A DNA stretch of 64,000 nucleotides from Candidatus Latescibacterota bacterium (GCA_964291625.2 OZ220090.1:1024001-1088000); one strand, 5' to 3'; positions 48,646 to 59,227 are shown, counted from the first letter of the stretch. Numbers and translations are program-made. Notes: generated by a model from the sequence alone, not told the origin.

Positions 48646-51222
48646 ATGGAACCCGGTTACCCCTTCCTTCGCGAGTACCGCGGCGAGCAGCTCCTCAAGG
48701 TGGCCATGCCCCTGGGCGGCATCGGCACGGGCACCGTCTCCCTCGGCGGCCGCGGCGACCTGCGCGACTGGGAGCTGATGAACCGGCCGTCGAAGGGCTT
48801 CGTGCCGAAGCAGGGCGACTCCTGGATCGCCCCAGGGCCCTCGGTCGTGCTGCACACCCGCGAGGCGTCCTCCGGCCGCCGGCAGACCCGCCTGCTGGAA
48901 GGCCCGCTGGATCCCGTCCAGTACGACGGCCAGGCCGGCTGCGCGGTGAACAACCACAACCTGCCGCGCATGGAGGCGGCCGTCTTCCGCGCCGCCTATC
49001 CCCTGGCCGAGATCGACTTCTCCTGCCGCGACCTGCCGCTGCGGGTCCGCCTGCAGGCCTTCAACCCCCTGGTCCCGTGCGAGGTCGGCGACTCGAGCCT
49101 CCCCGCGGCGGTGCTGCGCTACCGCCTCCGCAACCCGGCGGCCGAACCGGTGGAGGCCTCCATCGCCTTCTCGCTGCCGAACTTCATCGGCGCCGACCGC
49201 TCCCCCCACGAGCCGACCTGCTACGCCACGGCCCACGCCTACGGCCCGCGGCGCAACGTCAACGAATTCCGCGGCGGCGACGGCCTGCGGGGCCTCTTCC
49301 TGCGCTCCGACGGCGTGCCCGCCAACCACCCGGCCTGGGGCACGATGGCGCTCACCACCACGGCGGCGGACTGCTCCCACCGCACCGCCTGGGCCGATCT
49401 GTCCTGGGGCAACACCCTCCTCGACTACTGGGACGACCTGACCGCGGACGGCGCCGTCGACGAGCGGTCCTCGGGCCGGGACGACCCCATGGCCACCCTG
49501 TGTCCGCGGGTCACGGTCGCCGGCGGCGGTGAGGCCGAGATCCTCTTCCTGCTCACCTGGCACTTCCCGAACCGCCTGGCCTGGGAGGCGGCGGACCACG
49601 TCGACGCGGCGGCCGGCGGCGGTTGCTGCGACGGCGACTGCGCCCCGGAGCCGCACCCCGAGTTCGTCGGCAACCACTACTGCACGGTCTACGACGACGC
49701 CTGGGACGCGGCCGAGCGCGAGATCGGACGGCTCGACGACCTGGAGGCGCGCACCGTGGGCTTCGTCTCCGACTTCCTGGCCGCCGACGTGCCCGGCGTG
49801 ATCCGCGAGGCGGCGCTCTTCAACCTGTCGACCCTGCGCACCCAGACCTGCCTGCGCACCGCCGACGGCCACTTCTTCGGCTGGGAGGGTTGCCACGACA
49901 CGCAGGGCTGCTGCCGCGGCTCCTGCACCCATGTGTGGAACTACGAGCAGGGCCTCGGCTTCGTCTTCGGCGAGCTGTCGCGGAACATGCGCCACGTCGA
50001 GTTCGCCCACGCCACCACCGACCGCGGTCAGGTGCAGACGCGCATCGCCCTGCCCCTCCAACGGCCCCCGGAGCGTCCCTTCCTCGCCGCCGCCGACGGC
50101 CAGCTCGGCGTGATCATGCGGTTCTACCGCGACTGGCAGCTCAGCGGCTCCCGGGAGCTGTTCGACGCCCACTGGCCGCGGGTCCGCTCGGCCCTCGAGT
50201 TCTGCTGGATCGAGCACGGCTGGGACGCCGACCAGGACGGGGTCATGGAGGGCTGCCAGCACAACACGATGGACGTGGAGTACTTCGGCCCCAACCCGCA
50301 GATGGGGTTCTGGTACCTCGGGGCCCTGCGCGCCGGCGAGGAGATGGCCGGCCATGCCGGCGACGCCGCCCTGGCCGAACGCTGCCGGGCGCTGTTCGAG
50401 TCCGGCAAGGCCTGGATCGAGGCGCACCTGTTCAACGGCGAGTACTTCGAGCACCGCGTCGTCCCCCCCGGCGCCGGCGCCGCCATCGATCCCGGGATCA
50501 TCGGCAACCCGGAGCGCGGCGACCTCGACGACCCGGCCCTGCAGCTCGGTCCCGCCTGCCTCGTGGACCAGCTCGTGGGACAGTACATGGCCCACGTCTG
50601 CGGCCTCGGGGACCTGGTCGATCCCAGCCTCGCCCGCACCACCCTGCGCAGCATCAAGGCCCACAACTGGCGCGACTCCTTCCTCGGCCACTTCAACCAC
50701 TTCCGCAGCTACGCCGTCGGCGACGAGAAGGGGCTGCTCATGGCCAGCTACCCCCGCGGCGACCGCCCCCGGCAGCCCTTCCCGTACTGCAACGAGCTGA
50801 TGACGGGGTTCGAGTACAGCACCGCCGTGCACATGCTCTACGCCGGCCTGGAGGAGGAGGGCCTGGAGTGCTTCGCCGCCGTCCGCGACCGCTACGACGG
50901 CCGCCGCCGCAACCCCTTCGACGAGGCCGAGTGCGGCCACCACTACGCCCGCGCCCTGGCCAGCTGGGGCGGGCTTCTGGCGTGGTCGGGGTTCGGCTAC
51001 TCCGCCGTCACCGGCGCCCTGCGCCTGGGCCGGGAGGGGACCTTCTTCTTCTCCACGGGAAACGCCTGGGGCACCTATACCCTCGAGGGGGGCCGCCTGA
51101 GCCTCACCGTGAAGGGCGGGCAACTGCGCCTGACGAGCGTGGCCATCGACGGCGGCCCCGAGGTCCCGGTCCCCGAGCCGGTGGTGCTCACCGAGGGCCG
51201 GGACGTGTCGGTCCCGGTGTGA
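48646..51222 (+). CDS. GH116 glycoside hydrolase (GBA2-like)
   Basis: MPLGGIGTG, GWEG...GSCTHVWNY, QHNTMDVE, DQLVGQY, RRRNPFDEAECGHHYAR. Confidence 0.92.
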   Translation: MEPGYPFLREYRGEQLLKVAMPLGGIGTGTVSLGGRGDLRDWELMNRPSKGFVPKQGDSWIAPGPSVVLHTREASSGRRQTRLLEGPLDPVQYDGQAGCAVNNHNLPRMEAAVFRAAYPLAEIDFSCRDLPLRVRLQAFNPLVPCEVGDSSLPAAVLRYRLRNPAAEPVEASIAFSLPNFIGADRSPHEPTCYATAHAYGPRRNVNEFRGGDGLRGLFLRSDGVPANHPAWGTMALTTTAADCSHRTAWADLSWGNTLLDYWDDLTADGAVDERSSGRDDPMATLCPRVTVAGGGEAEILFLLTWHFPNRLAWEAADHVDAAAGGGCCDGDCAPEPHPEFVGNHYCTVYDDAWDAAEREIGRLDDLEARTVGFVSDFLAADVPGVIREAALFNLSTLRTQTCLRTADGHFFGWEGCHDTQGCCRGSCTHVWNYEQGLGFVFGELSRNMRHVEFAHATTDRGQVQTRIALPLQRPPERPFLAAADGQLGVIMRFYRDWQLSGSRELFDAHWPRVRSALEFCWIEHGWDADQDGVMEGCQHNTMDVEYFGPNPQMGFWYLGALRAGEEMAGHAGDAALAERCRALFESGKAWIEAHLFNGEYFEHRVVPPGAGAAIDPGIIGNPERGDLDDPALQLGPACLVDQLVGQYMAHVCGLGDLVDPSLARTTLRSIKAHNWRDSFLGHFNHFRSYAVGDEKGLLMASYPRGDRPRQPFPYCNELMTGFEYSTAVHMLYAGLEEEGLECFAAVRDRYDGRRRNPFDEAECGHHYARALASWGGLLAWSGFGYSAVTGALRLGREGTFFFSTGNAWGTYTLEGGRLSLTVKGGQLRLTSVAIDGGPEVPVPEPVVLTEGRDVSVPV

Positions 51223-51275
51223 TCCCGCCTATCCCCTCTCGATGCGGGGCGGCGGCGCCACGGATGGGGAGTCGG

Positions 51276-52250
51276 TCACGCCTGCGTCAATTCGAGGCTC
51301 TGCGGTGCAATCGCTTCGGACATGTAGAGCGATCCTGCCGCGTACTCCTCAAGCAGATCCTGAACCTCGGCGATCTCGGACAGGCGATCGAATCGCACAC
51401 GTCCCTCCTCGATGGCGGCGACGAGAATATCCTGCGGCTCGAACTGGCTGATGAGAACGGGCGAGTGGGTGGCGAGGAACACCTGCTTGTTCCACTGTCC
51501 GACGGCTTCCTTGACGGCCTTCGCGAAGACGGCGATAGCCCACGGATGCAGTGACGTTTCCGGCTCGTCGAACAACAGGACCGATTCCCTCTCTCCTTCC
51601 GAGAAGAGCGCGATGAGCAGAAGCAGCAATTGCAGGTGCCCATCGCTCACCTCGGACGCGAGTATCCCCTCACGGCGCCCTTGCTCAAGGAAGCTGGCGT
51701 AGACCGAACTTGGTCCGGTCTGTTCCAGCGCGATGCCGTCGAAGGTGGGGAATGCCTCGCTCATGCACCGCATGATCGTGCCGTGGCGAGGGTCGATTCT
51801 CTGTTTGTCCTGGAGGTTCCTGAGCACGGACCAGGCGTTGCTTCCAGGGTCCGAGAGCAGGGTCTCGCGGCTGCTTTCGGATCCGCTCTTCTTGAGGCGC
51901 GAAAGGCGGAAGGATCTGGAACGATACCGACGAACATGGTGCAGCAGGCGATCCAGAGACCCGGCCTCGGCATCTCCTGGATTGAAGGTGACGCCGCCGG
52001 CCGTCAGCTCGACCTCGATATCCTGATCGGCGTCTGCTCTGTCCCGCAGAGTCTCAATGCTGTGCCCCCGCTCGGAAGACGCAGATTCGACACCCTGGAT
52101 CGCGCAGTCCCTGAAGAAGCAGAGTGTGTCGAGCAAGGTGGATTTTCCGGCGCCGTTCGGACCGCAGACGACGTTGATCTGACCCAGGTCGAGATCGACG
52201 TCAGCGAGAGCGCGGTAGTTCCTGACGCGAATCCTCGTCAGGCCGCTCAA
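51276..52250 (-). CDS. ABC-type AAA ATPase (AAA_21/AAA_15-like), orphan, possibly internally shortened
   Basis: RVRNYRAL, GPNGAGKST, VSDG, FDEPETSLHP, LATHSP; lower GC3 than neighbours. Confidence 0.8.
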   Translation of the reverse strand: MSGLTRIRVRNYRALADVDLDLGQINVVCGPNGAGKSTLLDTLCFFRDCAIQGVESASSERGHSIETLRDRADADQDIEVELTAGGVTFNPGDAEAGSLDRLLHHVRRYRSRSFRLSRLKKSGSESSRETLLSDPGSNAWSVLRNLQDKQRIDPRHGTIMRCMSEAFPTFDGIALEQTGPSSVYASFLEQGRREGILASEVSDGHLQLLLLLIALFSEGERESVLLFDEPETSLHPWAIAVFAKAVKEAVGQWNKQVFLATHSPVLISQFEPQDILVAAIEEGRVRFDRLSEIAEVQDLLEEYAAGSLYMSEAIAPQSLELTQA

Positions 52251-54160
52251 GAAGAGACCTCCACGGAGCTCACCGCCCCGGCCCGTCCCATGGCGTTGAC
52301 GGCGCGCGCCTCCAGGCGGTTCTCGCCGGTGTGCAGAGGCCAGGCGAAGGAGGCGGGGCGCGCCTCCCAGCCGCCGGCGTCGACGCGCACCTCGAAGCGC
52401 TCGAAGTTGGGACAGACGGCCTCCAGATCGACGCGCAGCTCCGGCCCGCCGCCGGCCTGCAGGTGGATGCGGGTGCGGTCCACGTCCCAGTAGAGGTCGG
52501 CCTCGCGGTCGGTGTGTCGGCTGAACCAGGGCAGGGCCGGGGTCTTGTCGTCCTCCCAGAACAGGTAGCCGTCGTAGTGGTAGGAGCCGGCGCCGTGCTC
52601 GGGCTCGCCCGGGCTCAGGGTGGCGGGCTCGTCGTTGCGGCGGTTGATCATGAACCGCATCCACAGGTGGATCCGGTTCTCCACGTTGAAGCGCTCGCCC
52701 GTGGCCTCCGGGGGCGGCGGGCTGACGCGGATGTCGTCGAGGTCGTCGTTCACCCAGGCCGTGTGGGCCTCCAGGGCGGTCAAGGGGACTCCGTGGCGCT
52801 CGAAGTGGTAGGTGAACTTGGTGGCGTCGTTGCTGTCGCCGCCGGGATCCATGGTCACCCACTTGCCGTAGTCGTTCGACCAGACCTCGGTGATGCAGTG
52901 GGAGCGCATGATCTGGGTGCGCGCCGTGAACCCGAGGGCGGCGCAGCACTGGGTGAAGACGGAGGCGTAGTGGGTGCACATGCCGAGGGCCAGCTGCTGG
53001 CCGGCCAGCTCGAGGATGACCAGGGCGTCCCAGGGCGGGCAGTAGTTCAGGCCCCCCATGTTCCAGCCGTCCTCCCACTGCTCGCGGACCCACTGGCGCA
53101 GGCGCGTCAGGGCCTCGAACTCGGTCTTGGCCGGGCCCACCACCTGGTCGAGCTTCCAGCGCTCGCGCAGGAGCTTCGCCCGGGGCTCGTCGGCGCCCAT
53201 GTACGAGAACCGCCAGGAGCTGTACGCCAGGGGGCGGTTGTCCGCTTCCGCCAGCCGGACGGCGGCGGACTCCCGCGCCTCGACCCGTGCCGACAGGCGG
53301 GCCCCGGTCAGGGTCGGGGTCACCGCCGGGTCGGCGGTCGACAGCAGGGCCCGCCACTGGAAGAACCGGGCGCCCTCCGGCACCTGTGCCTCCCCCTCCA
53401 GCGGCGCCCAGGCGCTCCAGGCCGCGGGCTCGTACGCCGGCGTCGGACCGGCCCGCCACTCGAGGCGGCGGCTCGTGCCCTCGGGCTCGCGCCCCTCCAG
53501 CTCGACGCGCACGCCGAGGGCGGCGCCGTCCATGGCGATCCCCCCCTCCTCGCGGCCGAGCAGGTCCACCGCCTCGGAGCAGATCTCGCCGGCGGCCATG
53601 TGCTGGTCGAGCCACAGGCGCACCACGTACTCGCCGTCGGCGCGGTCGTTCACGCCGAGCTCGTCGGAGCGCCAGGTCTGTCCGCCGTCGTCGCTGACCT
53701 CGCTGCGGTCGGGCTGCACGCTCTCCTCGACGAGCACCGTCCACTCGGCGTCGCCCACGGCGCGCAGCACGACCTCGTTCTCCCCCTCCCGCAGCCACGC
53801 GGGATCGATCTCCACGGCGCGCCAGCGGTCGACCCAGTACTCGCGCTTCTCCTCCCACGCGAAGCGGGTCGCGTGCCCGTTGACCAGCGCCTCCAGCTCG
53901 CCGCCGGTCCGGTCGCAGGAGAGGTAGCCGATCAGCTTCGCCCCGGAGGCCGACACCGGGCCGAGGACCAGGCCCTTGCGGATCCACCGCCCCCCGGCGA
54001 TGCGCTCCAGGTCGCGGTTGTTGCAGCGCGCCGCCTCGTCGGCGGCCATCTCGCCGCGGCGCAACTGCAGGCCGCCGTCGCGGCGGACCACGTTGCGGCG
54101 GGTGCAGCGGTCGAGGGCCTCGGGGCCTTCCCATGCTCTCGTGGTCGTCGTCTCGGACAT
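52247..54160 (-). CDS. Transglutaminase-like domain protein
   Basis: Cys-His-Asp triad GMCTHYA...SHCITEVW...WVTMDP. Confidence 0.78.
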   Translation of the reverse strand: MSETTTTRAWEGPEALDRCTRRNVVRRDGGLQLRRGEMAADEAARCNNRDLERIAGGRWIRKGLVLGPVSASGAKLIGYLSCDRTGGELEALVNGHATRFAWEEKREYWVDRWRAVEIDPAWLREGENEVVLRAVGDAEWTVLVEESVQPDRSEVSDDGGQTWRSDELGVNDRADGEYVVRLWLDQHMAAGEICSEAVDLLGREEGGIAMDGAALGVRVELEGREPEGTSRRLEWRAGPTPAYEPAAWSAWAPLEGEAQVPEGARFFQWRALLSTADPAVTPTLTGARLSARVEARESAAVRLAEADNRPLAYSSWRFSYMGADEPRAKLLRERWKLDQVVGPAKTEFEALTRLRQWVREQWEDGWNMGGLNYCPPWDALVILELAGQQLALGMCTHYASVFTQCCAALGFTARTQIMRSHCITEVWSNDYGKWVTMDPGGDSNDATKFTYHFERHGVPLTALEAHTAWVNDDLDDIRVSPPPPEATGERFNVENRIHLWMRFMINRRNDEPATLSPGEPEHGAGSYHYDGYLFWEDDKTPALPWFSRHTDREADLYWDVDRTRIHLQAGGGPELRVDLEAVCPNFERFEVRVDAGGWEARPASFAWPLHTGENRLEARAVNAMGRAGAVSSVEVSS

Positions 54161-54173
54161 CGTCTCCTCCCTT

Positions 54174-55526
54174 TCAGCGCACGAGCCGGCGGAAGGACTC
54201 CTCCACCAGCTCGCACTCGATCAGCTCGTCCAGCCGCTCCCGCCGCAACCCGTCGGCGATGACGGCGAAGCTCCCGCGGACCGCCTCCTCTGTGCGATCG
54301 AGGGCCTCCTCGTCGTCGTGGGCGGTGTTGAAGAAGAACCCCTGCGACAGGATCACGCCGCGGCGGGCGTTCTCCTGCACGAAGAGGGTGGCCACCTTCG
54401 GCATCAGCTCGGCGGGCACGTCGAAGCGGATCCCCGGGTGGGCGGAGACGCCCACGCACCTGGCCGGCGCCCCGGTCTCGGCGGCGGCGGCCTCGACGCG
54501 CCGGCGGAAGTCGCTGCCGAGGCGCTCGAAGAGGGCGGGCGCGTCGAGCCGCTCCAGCTCCCGCACCGTGGCCAGGGCGGCGGCGGTGCCCACGTTGTCG
54601 TCCCAGTAGGCGCTGGAGATGAACATCCGCGCCATCGGCTCCATCACCTCCCGGCGGCCGACGACGGCGGCCATGGGGTAGCCGTTGGAGATCGCCTTGG
54701 CGAAGACGGTCATGTCCGGGGTCACGCCCACGACCTCCTGCACGCCGCCGAGCCCGATGCGCCAGCCGCAGGAGACCTCGTCGAAGATGAGCACCGCGCC
54801 GTACTGGTCGGCCAGCCGGCGGACCCCCTCCAGGTAGCCCTCCGGCGGCAGCTCGGTGCGCATCGGCTCCATGATGATGCAGGCCACCTCGTCGCCGTGG
54901 GCCTTCAGCAGGTCCTCGAGCTGGTCGAGGTCCCCGTAGGCGAAGGGCACCGACGAGCCCTCGAGGGCCCGGGGCACGCCGATCGGCTCGATGCCGTTGA
55001 AGAGGTGCCCGTCGAGGCGCTCGGAGCCGAGGTTGGCCGCCAGGTACCAGTCGTGCCACCCGTGGTAGCCGCTGAAGAGGACCTTGTCGCGGCCGGTGAC
55101 GCCGCGGGCGATGCGCACCGCCACGGTGCAGGCCTCGCCGCCGCCCTTGGCGTAGCGCACCATCTCCGCCGACGGCACGAGGCGCACCAGCAACTCGGCC
55201 AGCTCCACGGCCGACTCGTGGACGATGGAGTAGATGGAGCCGCGCTCGATCTGCTCCTTCACGGCGGCGTCGACCACGTCGTTGGCGTAGCCGAGCACGA
55301 TCGGCCCCACGGCGCTGAACCAGTCGACGTACTCGTTGCCGTCCACGTCCCAGATGCGGCAGCCCTTGGCGCGCTCGGCGTAGATCGGGCTGACGCCTAG
55401 GGCGGCCCTCGTGGGCCGGCGGCTGATCAGCTGGGTGGCGCCGGGGATCACCCGGCGGGCTCGTTCGTAGATCTCGAGGGACCGCCCCACCTGGGGCGGC
55501 GCTTCGACTGCGGGATGGGTCGTCAT
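54174..55526 (-). CDS. Class III aminotransferase (glutamate-1-semialdehyde aminomutase-like)
   Basis: WDVDGNEYVD, YHGWHDW, IIMEP, LIFDEV, FAKAISNGYP. Confidence 0.9.
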   Translation of the reverse strand: MTTHPAVEAPPQVGRSLEIYERARRVIPGATQLISRRPTRAALGVSPIYAERAKGCRIWDVDGNEYVDWFSAVGPIVLGYANDVVDAAVKEQIERGSIYSIVHESAVELAELLVRLVPSAEMVRYAKGGGEACTVAVRIARGVTGRDKVLFSGYHGWHDWYLAANLGSERLDGHLFNGIEPIGVPRALEGSSVPFAYGDLDQLEDLLKAHGDEVACIIMEPMRTELPPEGYLEGVRRLADQYGAVLIFDEVSCGWRIGLGGVQEVVGVTPDMTVFAKAISNGYPMAAVVGRREVMEPMARMFISSAYWDDNVGTAAALATVRELERLDAPALFERLGSDFRRRVEAAAAETGAPARCVGVSAHPGIRFDVPAELMPKVATLFVQENARRGVILSQGFFFNTAHDDEEALDRTEEAVRGSFAVIADGLRRERLDELIECELVEESFRRLVR

Positions 55527-56620
55527 ATCGAGTAGCGCTCCAGCTTCTCCTCGTCCACGTCGACGCCGAGACCGGGCCCGTCGGGCACGGCGATCCGGCC
55601 CTGCCGGAAGACCAGCGGCTCGGCGAGCACGTCGTCCACCAGGCCGTGGTAGCAGGTGTCGCTGGGTCCGGAGAAGTTCGGCGTCGACGCGGCCAGGTGG
55701 GTGATGGCCACGGTCTTGAGCCCCAGGTCGTGGGAGCAGTGCATCAGGCAGGGCACGCCGAAGCCCTCGGCCACGCGCGCCACCTTCTGCACCGGCAGCA
55801 CGCCGCCGGCGGCGGGGGTGTCCGGCATCAGGTAGTCGCCGGCGCCGGAATGGAGCAGGGGCACGGCGCTCTCGGGGCCGGTCACGCCCTGGTTGACGAG
55901 GATCTCCATGCCCGCCTCCTCGCGGCAGCGCACCAGGACCTCGGCGTGCTCGCCGTCGCAGGGATCCTCGAAGCGGTTGACCCCCACCGCCTTCATCTTC
56001 TCCATCACCTCGAAGGCGCCTTCGGGGCCGTAGCCGCCGTTGGCGTCGGGCCGCAGCTCGGCTTCGCCGTCGATCTCCCGGACCACCGCCTCGGCGATGG
56101 GCAGGTCCTGGCCGGGGTCGTTGCCGGCCTTGGTCTTGAGAGAGGTGAAGCCCCAGCGGTCGACGTACTCGCGGGCCGTGGCCGCCGACTCGGAGGGCTC
56201 CTTCAGGCCCATGCAGGCCGTGAACTCCGCCTCCTCGCGCAGGCGCCCCCCGAGGAGGCTGCACAGGGGCAGGCCGGCGCGCTTGCCGAGCAGGTCCCAC
56301 AGGGCCATCTCCACTCCGGAGGCGGGACCGGCTCCGACTCCCGCCGCCTTCATGGCCGCCAGGGCGCCCTCCACGTCGTCGGCGCGGCGCCCGGTCAGCA
56401 GGTCAACGGCGGCCGGCTCCAGGCGGGCGGTGCCCTCCCCCCAGCCGGTGAGGCCGTCGTCGGTGTCGACGCGCACGATGAGGGCCGTGCCGCCCAGGGT
56501 GCCGCCCCCTCCCCCGCGGCCGACGTAGGGACCGACGGGCGGCGCGTAGGGGATGTGGACGGTCCAGCTCTTCAGGGCCCGGATCTTCACGCTCTCCTCC
56601 TCGGCATGCGGGGAATCCAT
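55523..56620 (-). CDS. Mandelate racemase/muconate lactonizing enzyme family
   Basis: GWGE, EMALWDLLGK, LKTKAG, DANG, FEDP, GPGLGVDVD. Confidence 0.9.
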   Translation of the reverse strand: MDSPHAEEESVKIRALKSWTVHIPYAPPVGPYVGRGGGGGTLGGTALIVRVDTDDGLTGWGEGTARLEPAAVDLLTGRRADDVEGALAAMKAAGVGAGPASGVEMALWDLLGKRAGLPLCSLLGGRLREEAEFTACMGLKEPSESAATAREYVDRWGFTSLKTKAGNDPGQDLPIAEAVVREIDGEAELRPDANGGYGPEGAFEVMEKMKAVGVNRFEDPCDGEHAEVLVRCREEAGMEILVNQGVTGPESAVPLLHSGAGDYLMPDTPAAGGVLPVQKVARVAEGFGVPCLMHCSHDLGLKTVAITHLAASTPNFSGPSDTCYHGLVDDVLAEPLVFRQGRIAVPDGPGLGVDVDEEKLERYSI

Positions 56621-56622
56621 GC

Positions 56623-57708
56623 TCAATCGATGGGCTCGTACTTCGGCTGCCTCGGGGCGCGTTCGCGCTCGAGGCGGTAGGGACGGCCGGCCTGCAGGGG
56701 CAGTTCCACGCGGGCGCCGCCGCACACGTGGGACTCGATGAAGGCGAAGATCAGCTCCGTGTTGGTGCGCGCCAGGCGCGCGCCTCCCCGGGGGGGCTCC
56801 CCGGTGTCGAGACTGTGCACGAGATCCTCGATCAGGCACACGGTCGAGCTCTTGCGCTGGTACTCCGGGAAGGGGCTGCGGCCCAGCACCGGGCGCCCCC
56901 GGTGGTCCTTCCCCTTGGGCTCCCGGATCTCCCACTCCTCGCCGTTCTGCATCGCCGTGGCCACGCCGCCGCTGCAGATTGCCTCGATCTCGGAGCCGCG
57001 GCCGCTGTTCAGGGCGTAGGCGGTGACCCCGTCCTCGAACTGCAGGATCCCGTGGCCGACGGGGTCCTCGCTCAGCCGATCGCCGTCGATGACGCCGTCG
57101 CCCTCGGGCAGGTGGGCCTGCACCCAGGCCACGGGGCGGTCCGAGTGCAGGCGCAGGATCAGGTCGAAGCCGTGGCTGGCGCTGTTGAAGAGAGTGCCCG
57201 TCGAGTGCAGCACCAGCGACTTCAGCCGGCCGATGCGGCCCCCGTCGATGACCTCCTTCATGCGGTCGTACCCCGGGTCCCAGCGCCGGTTGGTCCCCAT
57301 GTTGAGGACCGCGCCGTGGGCCTCGCAGGCCTCGACCATGGCGTCCGCGTCGGCCAGGGAGGCGGAGAATGCCTTCTCGGCGTAGATGGCGCGGACCCCG
57401 TGGGCGGCGGCGAAGACGACGACCTCGCGGCGCTGCTCGGGCTGGGTGGCGACGCTGAGGATCTCGGGCTTCTCGGCCTCGATCATCCGCCGGTAGTCGG
57501 TGTACTGCCGGTCGGCGGGCACCCCGTAGCGGCGCCCCACCTGCTCCATCACCTCCGGGCGCAGGTCCGAGCAGGCGACCATGTCGGTGCGCTCGCAGGC
57601 TTCGTACCCGGCGGCGTGCGAGTACGGCCGGCGGGCCGGCGGCACCTCGTTGTCGATGAAGGCCCCCATGCGGCTGCAGCCGACGAGGGCGGCGCGGTAG
57701 CGATGCAT
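56623..57708 (-). CDS. Gfo/Idh/MocA oxidoreductase
   Basis: LVGCSRMG, IYAEKA, NRRW; paralogous to 20530-21642. Confidence 0.88.
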   Translation of the reverse strand: MHRYRAALVGCSRMGAFIDNEVPPARRPYSHAAGYEACERTDMVACSDLRPEVMEQVGRRYGVPADRQYTDYRRMIEAEKPEILSVATQPEQRREVVVFAAAHGVRAIYAEKAFSASLADADAMVEACEAHGAVLNMGTNRRWDPGYDRMKEVIDGGRIGRLKSLVLHSTGTLFNSASHGFDLILRLHSDRPVAWVQAHLPEGDGVIDGDRLSEDPVGHGILQFEDGVTAYALNSGRGSEIEAICSGGVATAMQNGEEWEIREPKGKDHRGRPVLGRSPFPEYQRKSSTVCLIEDLVHSLDTGEPPRGGARLARTNTELIFAFIESHVCGGARVELPLQAGRPYRLERERAPRQPKYEPID

Positions 57709-57712
57709 TTGC

Positions 57713-59227
57713 TCAGCTCCCGGGAGAGGTCGGTGCGCCGGAGTCGAAGAGGGACTCGTCGAACCGCCCCTCCTCGTCGAGGGGAAAGACGCGGCGCCCC
57801 AGGTTGCGGAAGGTCACCGCCTGGGGGGAGTGAACCGAGGACTCCCCCACGAGGTGAACGGCCCCGGCCCACGACTCGAAGCCGGCGCGGAAGTGGGCGG
57901 CGGACTTGACCCCCACCCAGCGCATGCTCCGCGGGTCGAGGCCGAGGGTGCGGGCGAAGGCGGTGTCGAAGGGCTGCTCGCGCTCGGTCACCAGCAGCAC
58001 GTGCACTCCGTCCTGCTCGATGTGGGCCGAGGGCCCCATGCTCGCCTCGAGGCCGGCGAAGATCGGCCCGTCGTAGTGGAAGGCGCCGTCGCTGACGGCG
58101 ATCACGCGGGCCTTCATGGGCACCGGCTCGCCCTGCAGGGGATGGGACTTGCCGCCCACCCGCAGGTCGAGGGCGGCGCCGGCCCCGGCGCCATGGCAGG
58201 CGGCCACCGACTCCGGGTCGACGATGTAGAGGACGCAGGCCTGGCGCAGGCCGGCCTCGACAAAGGCCCGCAGCATGCCGGTGCTGTCCCCGGGGGACCC
58301 GCCGCCGGTGTTGTCGTCACGGTCGGCGATGACGGCCGGGAAGAGCCCGTCGGCCTCGACCTGCCGCAGGACCTCCTCCGTCGACCGGCGGGGCTCGTGC
58401 CAGTCGCGGCGGCGCTCCCAGATCCAGCCGCCCAGCTCGTCGGCGCAGGCCTGGGCCAGCTCCTCGTCGCCGTCGGCCACCACCGTCACCGAGGCGCCCA
58501 TGCAGGGCACGTCGGCCAGGGGGAAGCAGGTGCAGACCGAGGCGCAGACCACCCCCGGCCGGGCCTCGATCCCGTGGAGCCGCTCGATCGTCTCCCGCAT
58601 CGGCGGGTGGGCGGTGACCTGGTGCATGCCCCACATCATCGGCACCGGGTGGAAGGCCATCACCGGCCGCAGGCCCTCGCGGACGATGCGCACCAGCACG
58701 TCGGCGCACTCGCGGCCCCGCTCGGCCATGTCCACCTCCGGGTAGCTCTCGCGCCCGATGAGCACGTCGGCGGCGGCGACCATCTCGGCCGACATGTTGG
58801 TGTGGATGTCGTGGGCGGCGCAGACCGGCACCGAGGGGCCCACGACCTCGCGGACCCGGCTGAGGATGTGGCCGTCGGCGTCGTCGAGGCCCTCGGCCGC
58901 CATCGACCCGTGCAGCTCGAGGAGGACGCCGTCGATCTCGCCGGCGGCCCGGAGGCCGTCGAGCAACTCGGTCAGGATCTCGTCGAAGAGAGCCCGGGGC
59001 GTGGGCGCGCTCGGATGGGGCTCGGCGTGGATCGTGGGCACCAGCTCGAAGCCGTGGTCCTCAGCGCCCTCGATGAAGCCGCCCATGGGGCTGTTGGTGC
59101 CGCGGAAGGTGCGGATCAGCTCCTCGCCGCGCAGGTAGCCGAAGCGGGCCTCGTAGCTGTGGCGGCCGGTGGGCACCGGCGTGAAGGTGCTCGACTCGTG
59201 GCTGATGGTGCCGGTGGCGACGCGCAT
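57713..59227 (-). CDS. M81 metallopeptidase (MlrC family)
   Basis: HESSTF, LELHGSM, DIHTN, YPEVD, DNTGGG, VGVKSAAHFRAGF. Confidence 0.9.
   Translation of the reverse strand: MRVATGTISHESSTFTPVPTGRHSYEARFGYLRGEELIRTFRGTNSPMGGFIEGAEDHGFELVPTIHAEPHPSAPTPRALFDEILTELLDGLRAAGEIDGVLLELHGSMAAEGLDDADGHILSRVREVVGPSVPVCAAHDIHTNMSAEMVAAADVLIGRESYPEVDMAERGRECADVLVRIVREGLRPVMAFHPVPMMWGMHQVTAHPPMRETIERLHGIEARPGVVCASVCTCFPLADVPCMGASVTVVADGDEELAQACADELGGWIWERRRDWHEPRRSTEEVLRQVEADGLFPAVIADRDDNTGGGSPGDSTGMLRAFVEAGLRQACVLYIVDPESVAACHGAGAGAALDLRVGGKSHPLQGEPVPMKARVIAVSDGAFHYDGPIFAGLEASMGPSAHIEQDGVHVLLVTEREQPFDTAFARTLGLDPRSMRWVGVKSAAHFRAGFESWAGAVHLVGESSVHSPQAVTFRNLGRRVFPLDEEGRFDESLFDSGAPTSPGS

Noticed and set aside
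46252-51123. Very long alternative-frame ORFs (e.g. 1623, 1035, 975, 923 aa)
   Set aside because: Arg/Pro/Gly-rich shadow frames typical of high-GC DNA; only the C-terminal parts carrying family motifs are real genes
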